From assembly GCA_963805975.1 (NCBI GenBank), contig CAWDVR010000002.1:576001-640000 (forward strand): a DNA stretch of 64,000 bases, read 5' to 3'. The DNA comes from an uncultured Acidobacteriota bacterium. Its GTDB lineage: Bacteria; Acidobacteriota; Thermoanaerobaculia; Multivoradales; SZUA-115. Below the pieces are notes generated by a model that ran no database searches, was not told the origin of the DNA, and saw only the letters and a program-made list of their open reading frames with translations. How positions within the stretch are numbered: position 1 is the first letter of the stretch; every line of letters begins with the position of its first letter. The translations under genes were made by a program, and so were the position numbers. Below, piece after piece: positions 42,175-54,748 of this stretch.

Positions 42175-43290
42175 ATGAATGATGTGCGCGCCGCCAAGCT
42201 GGCCGAAACCCTGGTCCACTACTCCTGCGCCCTGGTCCCCGGTGAGAAGGTGCTGATCGAGTCCTTCGACGCGCCCGTGACTTTCGTCAGCCAGCTGGTC
42301 CGCGCCGCCGCCGCAGCCGGTGCCCATCCGCTGGTGCAGCTCAAGAGCCAGGCCGTACTGCGCGAGCTGCTGCTCGCGGCCGACCCCGCGCAGCTCCGGG
42401 TGATGGCCGAGGCGGAGGCGGTCACCATGTCGCAGGTCGACGCCTATATCGGCGTGCGGGGCGGGGAGAACGTGGCAGAGCTCGCCGATGTGCCGGCCGA
42501 GAAGATGCGGCTCTACGAGTCGCTGGTGTTTCGCCCCGTGCACCTCGAGCTGCGCGTCAAGCGCACCCGCTGGGTGATCCTGCGCTGGCCCACGGCGGCG
42601 ATGGCACAGCTCGCCGGCAGCTCGACCTACGCCTTCGAGGAGTTCTTCTTCCGCGTCTGCACGCTCGACTACGCCCGCATGTCGCGCGCCCTGGTGCCGC
42701 TCAAGGAGCTGATGGAAGCCACCGACCGCGTGCGGCTGGTGGCGCCCGGCACGGACTTGCGCTTCAGCATCCGCGGCATCCCGGCGGTGCCCTGCGACGG
42801 CCGTAGCAACCTGCCCGACGGCGAGGTGTTCACGGCGCCGGTGGCGGACAGCATCGAGGGCACGATCCGCTACAACGCGGCCTCGATCTACCGCGGCATC
42901 CTGCACGAGAACGTGACCTTCCGCTTCGAGCGCGGGCGCATCGTCGAGGCCGGCAGCAGCAACCCGCGGCACCTGGCGGAGATCCTCGACAGCGACGCCG
43001 GGGCGCGGTCGATCGGCGAGTTCGCCATCGCCTTCAACCCGCACATCACCTCGCCGATCAAGGACATCCTCTTCGACGAGAAGATCGCCGGCAGCATCCA
43101 CCTGACGCCGGGCAACAGCTACGACGAGGCCTCGAACGGCAACCAGAGCCAGGTGCACTGGGACCTGGTGCTGATGATGGCCCCCGAGCACGGCGGCGGC
43201 GAGATCTGGTTCGACGACCGTCTGGTGCGGAAGGACGGAAGGTTCGTGCTGCCGGAGCTCGCGGGGCTCAATCCCGAGAACCTGGTGTAA
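42175..43290 (+). CDS. M29-family aminopeptidase (AmpS/AmpT-like)
   Basis: NLPDGEVFTAP, GEFAIAFNP, LFDEKIAGSIH, VHWD. Confidence 0.9.
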   Translation: MNDVRAAKLAETLVHYSCALVPGEKVLIESFDAPVTFVSQLVRAAAAAGAHPLVQLKSQAVLRELLLAADPAQLRVMAEAEAVTMSQVDAYIGVRGGENVAELADVPAEKMRLYESLVFRPVHLELRVKRTRWVILRWPTAAMAQLAGSSTYAFEEFFFRVCTLDYARMSRALVPLKELMEATDRVRLVAPGTDLRFSIRGIPAVPCDGRSNLPDGEVFTAPVADSIEGTIRYNAASIYRGILHENVTFRFERGRIVEAGSSNPRHLAEILDSDAGARSIGEFAIAFNPHITSPIKDILFDEKIAGSIHLTPGNSYDEASNGNQSQVHWDLVLMMAPEHGGGEIWFDDRLVRKDGRFVLPELAGLNPENLV

Positions 43291-43303
43291 GGGGCGTCCG
43301 TCC

Positions 43304-43370
43304 CCCAGGTCCTTCGCTGCGCTCAGGATGACAAATGCGCTGTCATCCTGAGCGCAGCGAAGGATCTGGG
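43304..43370. repeat. Palindromic repeat family C (TCCTTCGCTGCGCTCAGGATGACA / TGTCATCCTGAGCGCAGCGAAGGA)
   Basis: Near-perfect ~30-bp inverted repeat between convergent genes. Confidence 0.85.
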
Positions 43371-43401
43371 CGGGGCGCAGGTCTCCCCGCTACGTTAGCG
43401 A

Positions 43402-43519
43402 CCCTCACCCCAGCCCTCTCCCGCACGCGGGAGAGGGAGCCAGAGAAGGAAGGCTGCTTCCGGCTTCCGATCCCCTCGCCCCGCGCGAAGCGGGGAGAGG
43501 GTTAGGGTGAGGGTGAGGG
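43402..43519. repeat. Palindromic repeat family B (CCCTCACCCC..CCCTCTCCC…GGGAGAGGG..GGGTGAGGG) doublet
   Basis: Two nested hairpin units in inverted orientation; a related copy is at 55422. Confidence 0.8.
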
Positions 43520-43533
43520 GCGGTCGCGGTACC

Positions 43534-46875
<3,342 letters not shown>

Positions 46876-46882
<7 letters not shown>

Positions 46883-47478
46883 CGAGAACCTCCCGTTCGT
46901 AGCTCGATTCGATTCGCGAGATCCACCGCTTCACCCGGCGGGGAAGCCGCCAGGCGCTCGATCATCTCGGCCGGCTCTGCTCCCACCTGGAGCAGGGCCC
47001 GTTGCTCCGCGCGCAAGAATCCTTCGGTCACCAGCCGGTCGAGAAAGGTGACGAGAGGGCGGAAAAAGCCGTCGACGTCCAGCAGTCCGACCGGCTTGGC
47101 GTGCAGGCCGAGCTGCCGCCAGGTCCAGATCTCGAACAGCTCGTCGAGGGTGCCGATGCCGCCCGGCAAGGCCAGGAAACCGTCCGCCAGCCGCGCCATG
47201 AGCGCTTTGCGCTCGTGCATGGAGCCCACGACGTGCAGCTCGGAGAGACCACCATGGCCCACCTCGCGTTCGGAGAGGTGGCCGGGGATGACGCCGATCA
47301 CCTCACCCCCGGCCGCCAGCACGGCATCCGCCACCACACCCATCAATCCCACCCTGCCGCCCCCGTAGACCAAGCCGATGCCGCGCTCGGCGAGGAGCGT
47401 CCCTGTCTGCCGGGCCGCCTCGCTGAAGGTGGGCTTGGCCCCGTGATTCGAGCCGCAGAAGACACACAGGCGTTTCAT
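46876..47478 (-). CDS. LOG-family (TIGR00730-type) nucleotide phosphoribohydrolase
   Basis: [26 protein letters not shown]. Confidence 0.9.
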
Positions 47479-47823
47479 CGTAAGTGGTTGGAACAGCAGG
47501 GCCAATGACCCGATAGACAGCGGCCCCCGAAAGTCCGGGCAGGCTACTACAACCATCGGAAACGGTCAAACCGCGCCGCCTCCGCAAGGGGTTTCGAGCC
47601 GCCGTGCCGCGGCTTCTTTCCCGGGAGTTAAATAGCGATTCGTCGAAGCATTGATTCAGAGGTCGCGCGTGTCCCGGCGGCCGAAACTTCTTGCACTAGG
47701 GAAGAAACGGGCTCATCATAGAGGCCATTTCCGGTCACTCTCGCTTGGCTCCCTTGCTCTCGGGCCGTCCCGGGACGGAGCGAGCGGGTCGAGCCCCTCT
47801 CTTGCAGTACCTAGGAGGCAGGG

Positions 47824-48135
47824 ATGAGACCCTCGGTTTTCTGTAAGACGTACCGTAATCTGTCGCTGGTATTACTGATCACGGCCGGCCTCCTGCTGGG
47901 CCCGGTGAGCACCGCTTGGGCGCGGCCCCTCGACCTGGCCGGCTCGCCCGGTTGGAGCACGAGCCTGTTCGAGCTGGTGCAAGGGGCCTGGGGCTGGGTC
48001 GAAGGCTTGCTCGGCGATAGAGGTCCCGCCGCCAAGAGCTCTCGCGCCGAGGCTGCGCCGCCGAAGGGTCCGGGTAACACCACGGATGGCGGAGACTGCG
48101 GGCCGGCGCCGGGCCCGGATGGCTGTCCGAAGTAA
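47824..48135 (+). CDS. Small secreted protein / candidate signalling-peptide precursor, 103 aa
   Basis: SD AGGAGG; signal peptide ending AWA; amphipathic Trp helix; C-terminal DGGDCGPAPGPDGCPK. Confidence 0.7.
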   Translation: MRPSVFCKTYRNLSLVLLITAGLLLGPVSTAWARPLDLAGSPGWSTSLFELVQGAWGWVEGLLGDRGPAAKSSRAEAAPPKGPGNTTDGGDCGPAPGPDGCPK

Positions 48136-48184
48136 ACGATCCCCGAGCGCAGGGTGTCGTAGACCTCAGAGGGAGGTGCGCCAA

Positions 48185-49384
48185 ATGATCGATTCACACC
48201 TCGATCAGGAGACCCTGGGCCCCGAGGCCTACCGCCAGCTTTTCCAGCGGCTGCAGGACGGCCTGCGCCGTCGTGTCGCCGAGATCGGGGCCGAGGTGGA
48301 GTCTGCCGAGCGGCAGCTCGAGCTGCTCCTGGCACTGTCGCCGGGCGAGCAGCTCCTGGTGATCCGCGGGGGCGGTGCCTCGATCTCGCGCGCGCTGGCG
48401 CAGCATCTCCTCGACCTCTGCCGGGAGTGCTGGGTAGCCTCCCCGGCCGAGGCCGAGGGGTTCGCCTACCTCGCCCTCGAGGTCATCGATCAGCTCGACG
48501 GCGCGCAGCCGGCGGTCAGCGACCTGCGCGCCCAGCGCTGGGCGTACCTCGGCAACGCCCGCCGCATCCAGTCCGACTTCCGTTCCGCCGAAGACGCCTT
48601 CACTCTCGCCAGATCCTTCCTCGATGTGGGCTCGAGCGACCTCCTGCTGCGCGCCGAGATCTTCGACCTCGAAGCCTCGTTGCGCCAGGACCAGCGCCGG
48701 CTCGACGAGGCCCGGCGGCTGCTCAACCGGGCCGCCAACCTCTATCGCCGCACCGGCGACGACCATCGCCTCGGCAGGGTGATGATGAAGCAGGCCATGT
48801 TGACCAACGACGCCGGTCACCCGGATCTCGCCATCGGACTGCTGCGCCAGGCTTCCGACCTGATCGATACCGAGCGCGAGCCCCGGCTGCGCAACACCGT
48901 GATCCAGCAGCTCGTCTACCTGCTGCGCGAGGCTGGGCGCCAGCCCGAGGCCATCGCCCTCCTGCCGCAGGCCCGTGCGGCCGTGGCGCAGTTCGGCACC
49001 CGTTCCGACGCGTTGCGGCTCTCGTGGACCGAGGCGTTGCTCGCCGCCGACCTCGGCAACTGGGCCGAGGCCGAGCATGCGTTCCGGGAGGTGAGGAGCG
49101 GCTTTATCGAGGAGGGCATCGGCTACGACGCGGCCCTGGTGTCTCTGGACCTCGCGCACCTCTACCTGTCGCGAGGCCGCACCGCCGAGACCCGCCGGCT
49201 GGCGGCCGAGATGCTGCCCATCTTCCAGTCGCGCGACATCCACCGCGAGGCGCTGGCGGCGCTGATGGTCTTCTACCGGGCGGCCGAGATCGACAGGGTG
49301 ACGACCTCGATGATCGAGCAGATCGCGGCCTGCGTGCGGCGCATCCGGCCGTCGCAGCCGGTGCGCGCCGAACGTCCGTCGTAG
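48185..49384 (+). CDS. TPR-like helical repeat protein
   Basis: SD GGGAGGT; repeated amphipathic helix pairs; paralogue of 3..893. Confidence 0.8.
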   Translation: MIDSHLDQETLGPEAYRQLFQRLQDGLRRRVAEIGAEVESAERQLELLLALSPGEQLLVIRGGGASISRALAQHLLDLCRECWVASPAEAEGFAYLALEVIDQLDGAQPAVSDLRAQRWAYLGNARRIQSDFRSAEDAFTLARSFLDVGSSDLLLRAEIFDLEASLRQDQRRLDEARRLLNRAANLYRRTGDDHRLGRVMMKQAMLTNDAGHPDLAIGLLRQASDLIDTEREPRLRNTVIQQLVYLLREAGRQPEAIALLPQARAAVAQFGTRSDALRLSWTEALLAADLGNWAEAEHAFREVRSGFIEEGIGYDAALVSLDLAHLYLSRGRTAETRRLAAEMLPIFQSRDIHREALAALMVFYRAAEIDRVTTSMIEQIAACVRRIRPSQPVRAERPS

Positions 49385-49441
49385 CGCCGGGCGACTCCGG
49401 CTCGCCACCCTCCTCGTCACGGGGCCTATACTTACGCCTCG

Positions 49442-51880
49442 ATGGCGCCCCGTTTCGACTTTGACACCCTGCGGCTCGACCTCTCGGTCGCCGACCTCCT
49501 GGAACAGCGGCTCCTCGCGAGCCTCGGCTTCGCCAACCGCGGCGGCTACGAGCGTCTGTGGCTGGGCCAGGCGATCCACAGCCGCTACCAACAGCAGGCC
49601 TTGGAGGAGGACCCCACCTACCGGCGCGAGGTCTGTGTCGAGCACACCTTCCAGCACCGCGGCTGGGAGATCCGCGTGCGCGGCCGCATCGACGGCCTGC
49701 GCCGGGACCCCGACGGCATCACCGTGGTCGAGGAGATCAAGTCCGTGCGCCGGGAGGGCGCCCTCGCCCCGGCGGTGCGCGATGTCTACGAACAGCAGGC
49801 CTCGATCTACGCCTGGATGCTCGCCAGGAGGGACGGCCTCGCCGTGCGGCCGGAGCTGGTGCTGATCTCGATCGGCGGCTTCGAGATCGAGCGCCTCGAG
49901 GTCTCCTTCGACGCCGCGACCTTCGAGGCGGCGGTCGTCAAGCGGCTCAACAGCCTGATCCGCACCGCGGAGGGCGAGCGCATGGCGATGCTCGCGCGGC
50001 GCGAGGCGGCCGAGACCCTGGCCTTTCCCTTCTCCGCCGTGCGCCCCGGCCAGGGCGAGATCATGACCGCGGTGGCCACCGCCCTCGAGCAGCGCGATCA
50101 TCTGTTGATCGAGGCCACCACCGGCATCGGCAAGACGGTGGCCGCCCTGCTCCCCGCCCTGCGCTACTGCCTGGCCCACGACAAGCGCCTCTTCGTGCTC
50201 ACCGCCAAGACCTTGCAGCAGGAGATGTCGGTCGCGGTGCTGCGCCTGCTCAACGCCGGCGGCGCGTTCCGCTCGCTCCGATTGAAGGCCAAGGCCAAGA
50301 TGTGCGCCAACGGCGAGGTGCTCTGCCACGAGGAGTACTGCCCCTACGCCCGCGACTACTACGCCAAGCTGGTGACCTCCGGTGTGACCCACCGCCTGCT
50401 CGACGAGCACGCGACCCTCGAGCCGGATGCGGTCTTCGCGGCGGCGAAGGGCGCGGAGGTGTGCCCGTTCGAGGTCAGCCTCGAGCTCTCCGGCCGCGTG
50501 CAGGCGACGGTCTGCGATTACAACTACGCCTTCGACCCCTACGTGGCCTTGACCGAGTTCGGCTCCGAGGCGGACCTCTCGGACGTGGTGCTGGTGATCG
50601 ACGAGATCCACAACCTGGTCGACCGCGGGCGCGGCTACTGGAGCCCGGTGCTGTCGAGCCGTGCCGCGCGGCGTGCCGCCATCGCCTTCCAGGTCGGCCC
50701 GGACCCGATCCACCTGCGCATCGCGAGCCTCTGCGGCAAGCTCGCGGCGCTCGTCGAGCAGGCCACCGACGAGGCGCTCGACGAGCTCGGCAGCGGCCCC
50801 GGCGCCCACGACCGGGCGGGCGAAGAGGCGGTGGTGGCGGCCCTGCCGGCGGAAGAGCTCTGGGCTCTGCGGCCGGCCTTCGACGCCGCCTTCGTCGACT
50901 ACCTGGAGCACCGCCGCGAGACCCGGAGCTTCCGCGCCGAGGACCCGTTCGTCGATCTCTACTTCGAGCTGCTGCGGTTCCTGAACGGGCTGGTGGTCTC
51001 GGACGCTTCCTTCAGCCATGCCGTGGAGCGGAGCGCCGCCACCGGCGACCGGCGGCTCAAGATCCTGTGCCGCGATCCCAGCCGCTTCCTGGGCGCGGTG
51101 CTGGCCCGCACCCACTCGACCATCGGCCTCTCGGCGACGCTGTCGCCGCCGGAGTTTTATCGCGACCTCCTGGGCTTCGAGCCGGCGCGCACCTCTGCGG
51201 TCTCGATCCCCAGCCCCTTCCCCGCGGCCAACCGCCGGATCGTGATCGATCCTTCGGTCGCCACCACCTACCAGGAACGGCCGGCCTACTACGGCATCCT
51301 GGCCCAGCGGCTGGCGGAGTTCGCGGACTCGGTGCCCGGCAACTGCCTGGCGCTCTTCCCCTCCTACGGCTTCCTGGCCGAGGTGGCCGCGCGCCTGCCG
51401 CCCTCGGGCAAGCGCCTGCTCATCCAGCAGCGGGCGGACGGCGACCGCGAGCGCGAGGAGATCCTCGACCACCTGCGGCGCGGCCTCCTTGGCGACCTGC
51501 TGCTCCTGGCGGTGGCCGGCGGCGTGTTCGCCGAGGGCGTGGACTATCCCGGCGACATGCTGCGCGCCGTGGCCGTGGTGGGGCCCTGCCTGCCGGCGCT
51601 CACGCTCGAGCAGCAACTGCTCCGCGAGTACTACGAGGAGCGCTTCGAGCGCGGCTTCGAGTACGCCTACGTGGTGCCGGGGATGACGCGGGTGGTGCAG
51701 GCCGCCGGCCGGCTGATCCGCTCGGCCGAGGACAGCGGGGTGATCGCGCTCTTCGACCGCCGTTTCCTGCTGCGGCCGTACCGCGACCACCTGCCGGCGG
51801 ACTGGGTGCCCGCCGAGGGCCTGCGCACGGTGACCGGGCACCCGGCCCGCGCGGCGCAGGAGTTCTTCCGCCAGCGCTGA
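49442..51880 (+). CDS. PD-(D/E)xK nuclease fused to a DinG/XPD-family Fe-S helicase
   Basis: N-terminal GRIDG…EEIKS…Q..IY; ATTGIGKT, four Fe-S Cys, DEIH, SATL, FAEGVD, QAAGRLIRS. Confidence 0.88.
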   Translation: MAPRFDFDTLRLDLSVADLLEQRLLASLGFANRGGYERLWLGQAIHSRYQQQALEEDPTYRREVCVEHTFQHRGWEIRVRGRIDGLRRDPDGITVVEEIKSVRREGALAPAVRDVYEQQASIYAWMLARRDGLAVRPELVLISIGGFEIERLEVSFDAATFEAAVVKRLNSLIRTAEGERMAMLARREAAETLAFPFSAVRPGQGEIMTAVATALEQRDHLLIEATTGIGKTVAALLPALRYCLAHDKRLFVLTAKTLQQEMSVAVLRLLNAGGAFRSLRLKAKAKMCANGEVLCHEEYCPYARDYYAKLVTSGVTHRLLDEHATLEPDAVFAAAKGAEVCPFEVSLELSGRVQATVCDYNYAFDPYVALTEFGSEADLSDVVLVIDEIHNLVDRGRGYWSPVLSSRAARRAAIAFQVGPDPIHLRIASLCGKLAALVEQATDEALDELGSGPGAHDRAGEEAVVAALPAEELWALRPAFDAAFVDYLEHRRETRSFRAEDPFVDLYFELLRFLNGLVVSDASFSHAVERSAATGDRRLKILCRDPSRFLGAVLARTHSTIGLSATLSPPEFYRDLLGFEPARTSAVSIPSPFPAANRRIVIDPSVATTYQERPAYYGILAQRLAEFADSVPGNCLALFPSYGFLAEVAARLPPSGKRLLIQQRADGDREREEILDHLRRGLLGDLLLLAVAGGVFAEGVDYPGDMLRAVAVVGPCLPALTLEQQLLREYYEERFERGFEYAYVVPGMTRVVQAAGRLIRSAEDSGVIALFDRRFLLRPYRDHLPADWVPAEGLRTVTGHPARAAQEFFRQR

Positions 51881-51932
51881 GATCGCCGGTCAATCTGGCC
51901 GGGCGTGGCGCGGTTCGGCGTCGAAAATGTCA

Positions 51933-51960
51933 TGTAAACATGTGCCGGCCGGGCTGCGTA
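51933..51960 (+). promoter_or_regulatory. ECF-type promoter candidate
   Basis: TGTAAAC-N17-CGTA (AAAC…CGT pattern), overlapping the palindrome CATGTAAACATG. Confidence 0.45.
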
Positions 51961-51966
51961 TAGAAA

Positions 51967-52050
51967 AGGCAAGGGAGATGACAAGACAGTCTCCTCGCGG
52001 AACAAACCTCCTCCTTCACCCCGCCCCTCGCTAGGGCGGGGTCTTTTTTT
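51967..52050 (+). ncRNA. Candidate small RNA with an anti-SD seed and an intrinsic terminator
   Basis: Hairpin GGAGA…TCTCC, unpaired ACCTCCTCCTT (52006-52016), terminator ACCCCGCCC-7nt-GGGCGGGGT-C-T7. Confidence 0.55.
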
Positions 52051-52074
52051 GTACAGGGTCGTGCCAGCGAACAG

Positions 52075-52157
52075 TGGATTCCCGCTTTCGCGGGAATGAC
52101 AGGTGGGGAGCGGCTTTCCTGCGTCTTCGCCATCATTCCCGCGAAGGCGGGAATCCA
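52075..52157. repeat. Palindromic repeat family A doublet
   Basis: TGGATTCCCGCTTTCGCGGGAATGAC … ATCATTCCCGCGAAGGCGGGAATCCA. Confidence 0.9.
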
Positions 52158-52194
52158 TCCGGTAGTTCCGCGAACCGACCTGCTCCCGTGGCCC

Positions 52195-52779
52195 TCACTC
52201 CTCCGACGGCACCGTCACCACCGAGCCCGGGCGGCCGGTGACCACGCCGCGGCCGGCCAGGCGCTCGATGGCGTTGAGCGCCAGGGTGCGCGCCGCCGCG
52301 GGCCGGCCGGCCTCGTCGCCCACGTCGACCATGATCAGGAGGTGGTGGTCGCCGGACAGCGCCTGCAACTGGTTGAGCTTGCCCCCCACCCAGACCGCTT
52401 CCTCCCCCACCTCGGCGACCGGCACCGGAGCCACCAGCGAGAGCCGGCCCAGGGCCTTGGTGGCATTGCCGTAGCTCTTGCGCGCCTCGACCGGCCCCGG
52501 GAAGCGCCGCACCTCGAGGCTCACGATCTTGTACACGCCGTCGATCGGAGCGCCGAAGCTGCACTTGGCGGAGGTGTCGCCCACCGCGCGGTCGAGGGGG
52601 GTGGCCACGGTGTCGACCGGCATCCCGGCCGCGGCCTCCGCCTCGCGTTGCAGGATCAGATTGCAGGCCTCGATGGGCGGCCTAGTCGGCGCCGGGGGTG
52701 CGGGAGCAGGCTCGGGCTTGCCGCAGGCGGTGAGCAATCCGGCGAGGGCAAGGCCGGTGAGGAGCAGGGCTCTGTGCAT
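52195..52779 (-). CDS. Lipoprotein of unknown function
   Basis: Lipobox LLTAC, Pro-rich linker, IEACNL…AKC Cys pair. Confidence 0.75.
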   Translation of the reverse strand: MHRALLLTGLALAGLLTACGKPEPAPAPPAPTRPPIEACNLILQREAEAAAGMPVDTVATPLDRAVGDTSAKCSFGAPIDGVYKIVSLEVRRFPGPVEARKSYGNATKALGRLSLVAPVPVAEVGEEAVWVGGKLNQLQALSGDHHLLIMVDVGDEAGRPAAARTLALNAIERLAGRGVVTGRPGSVVTVPSEE

Positions 52780-52818
52780 CGTTCCTCCGATCGCGGTTTT
52801 TCCGCTGGCGTGGGCGCG

Positions 52819-53778
52819 CTAGATCCAGCGCTTGCGGCGGAACCACAGCAGCATACCGCCGGCCGCCGTCGCCATGGCCGCGAGCACGGCCGGGTAGCCG
52901 CCCCGCGTGGCGAGCTCGGGCATGTGTTCGAAGTTCATGCCGTAGATGCCGGTGATCACCGTCAGCGGCAGCAGCACCGCCGAGATCACGGTCAGCACCT
53001 TCATGATCTCGTTGGTGCGCTGGCCGACCACGGACATGTAGGTGTCGCGGGCGCTCGACAGCAGCTCGCGCATCACGTCCAGGGACTCGGTCAGGCGCAC
53101 GATGTCGTCGTAGACGTCGCGGAAGTAGAGCGCCTCGCTGTCCGAGATCTCCTCGGCGCTGCCGGTCGCCAGGTGGTTGAACACCTGGCGGTGCGGGAGC
53201 ATCACGCGGCGGATGGTGGAGAGCCGCTGCTTGAGACGCTGGATGACGACCAGGTGCTCCTGCTTGGGCTCGCGGAAGATCTCTTCCTCGAGCGCCTCGA
53301 CCTCGGTGCCCACCTCGTCGACCAGCGGCTGGTAGAGCGAGATCAGCTCGTCGTAGATCAGGTACAGCAGGTGGGGCAGGCCGCCGCGCGGCGCTCTGCC
53401 GATCTCTTTGAAGCGGTCGCGCACCGTGTTGAGGCTGCGCAGCGGCGCGCGGTGAAAGGTCACCAGCCGGTCCTTGGTGAGGAACGCGGCGAGCTTCAAG
53501 GTGTCGAGCCGGTCGCTCTTCTTGTTGAAGTCGATGCCGCGCACGATGACGAAGAGGTGCCCGTCGTACTCCTCGAAACGCGGCTGGTGCTGCAGCGTGA
53601 ACGTGTCCTCGACCGCCAGCGGATGGAAGCCCATCCCGGCGACCAGATCCTGGTTCTCCGAGGTCTGGCCCTGGAGGTCGATCCACACCACGGCGCCCTC
53701 GGGCAGAGGGACGTCGAGCAGCTCCTGGCCCCCGCACTCGAGGGAGCCGTCGGGGAAGATGACGGTCGTCTGGATCAT
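52819..53778 (-). CDS. corA: Magnesium/cobalt transporter CorA
   Basis: HPLAVED, NEIMKVLT, ITGIYGMNF (GMN), MPEL, two C-terminal TMs. Confidence 0.92.
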   Translation of the reverse strand: MIQTTVIFPDGSLECGGQELLDVPLPEGAVVWIDLQGQTSENQDLVAGMGFHPLAVEDTFTLQHQPRFEEYDGHLFVIVRGIDFNKKSDRLDTLKLAAFLTKDRLVTFHRAPLRSLNTVRDRFKEIGRAPRGGLPHLLYLIYDELISLYQPLVDEVGTEVEALEEEIFREPKQEHLVVIQRLKQRLSTIRRVMLPHRQVFNHLATGSAEEISDSEALYFRDVYDDIVRLTESLDVMRELLSSARDTYMSVVGQRTNEIMKVLTVISAVLLPLTVITGIYGMNFEHMPELATRGGYPAVLAAMATAAGGMLLWFRRKRWI

Positions 53779-54317
53779 CGCGCGTCCGATGAATGTATCA
53801 CCGGACGGCGCAGGCGCCGGCGCTCCCCGAGCGGTGGCCGGCCGGCCGCCGGGCCCTGGCCGGCGAAGGCCCGCAGGCGCTCCAGGAAGCGCAGGTACTG
53901 CTGCTGCTGGCCGGCGGAGAGGAGGCCGCGCACGTCGAGCACCAGGCCGGCGAGCTCGCGCTCCAGCTCGGCGTAGGTGGCGCTGGCCTCGTCGATCAGC
54001 CGCTCGGCTTCGGCCCGGTCGGGCTCGGCCGCGGTGAGCTCCTGCCGCAGCTCGGCGCGCTGACGCCGGAGGCGCGCGAAGGGCTCGCGGGAGGACTCGA
54101 AGAACCGGCGGTGCCGCTCGAGGAACGAGCGCCTCGCCTCTCCTTCGAGCTCCAGCCGGTCCGCAAAGCGCTCCACCCCGGCGCGCACCGCCAACAGGCC
54201 GCCGCGCTCGGGCTGCGCCACGACCGGCCGCAGGCGCCCGATGACCTGGGAAGCGAGCAGGCCCAGGTTGAGCCCCACTGACAAGAGCAGCGCGATCCAC
54301 AGCCACCACCGCCTCAC
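53775..54317 (-). CDS. Spy/CpxP-like periplasmic (heavy-metal sensor family) protein
   Basis: GTG at 54317; N-terminal TM LLLSVGLNLG, helical body, LLSAGQQQQY. Confidence 0.75.
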   Translation of the reverse strand: MRRWWLWIALLLSVGLNLGLLASQVIGRLRPVVAQPERGGLLAVRAGVERFADRLELEGEARRSFLERHRRFFESSREPFARLRRQRAELRQELTAAEPDRAEAERLIDEASATYAELERELAGLVLDVRGLLSAGQQQQYLRFLERLRAFAGQGPAAGRPPLGERRRLRRPVIHSSDAR

Positions 54318-54748
54318 GGCTCGGCCTCGCCGCCGTCCTCGACCACGGCCTCCCAATAGCTCTCCGCCAGGCTGGGCGCCAGGAGCTCGGTTTCCTCCGC
54401 GCTCTCCGCGCCTTGCCAGAGGCCGGCGCCGACGCCCAGGGCCAGGCCCGCGGCGAGCGCCAGCACCGCCGTGGCGCGCAGCCAAACGGGAGCGGCCCGC
54501 AGGTCGCCACCCGCGGCGGCGGCCCGCGCCCGCGACGCGACGCGGGTGGCGAAGCCCGGCGGCACGCCCGCGGCCGGCGCCAGCTCGAGGATCTGCCACT
54601 GCCTCGCCAGCCGCTCCCAGGCGGCGGCCAGCTCCGGCTCGCGCGCCAGGCGAAGGGTGAGCGGCTCGGCCTCGGCCGGCGGCAGCTCTCCCGCCACCAG
54701 GCGCAGCAGCGCCGGCTCTTCAGGGTGAGAACGGTGCTCGGAGCTCAT
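54314..54748 (-). CDS. Membrane anti-sigma factor (degenerate zf-HC2-like N-terminus)
   Basis: HPEE..L..LVAGEL, PPGFATRV, single TM; coupled to the ECF sigma gene. Confidence 0.7.
   Translation of the reverse strand: MSSEHRSHPEEPALLRLVAGELPPAEAEPLTLRLAREPELAAAWERLARQWQILELAPAAGVPPGFATRVASRARAAAAGGDLRAAPVWLRATAVLALAAGLALGVGAGLWQGAESAEETELLAPSLAESYWEAVVEDGGEAEP

Noticed and set aside
49442-51880. Cas4 / CasDinG (type IV CRISPR)
   Set aside because: No repeat-spacer array or other cas genes occur in the window; the palindromic repeats are dispersed doublets, not arrays.
51978-52034. MTRQSPRGTNLLLHPAPR read as a leucine attenuator leader peptide
   Set aside because: No same-strand biosynthetic gene follows, and the GGGAG abuts the ATG with no spacer.
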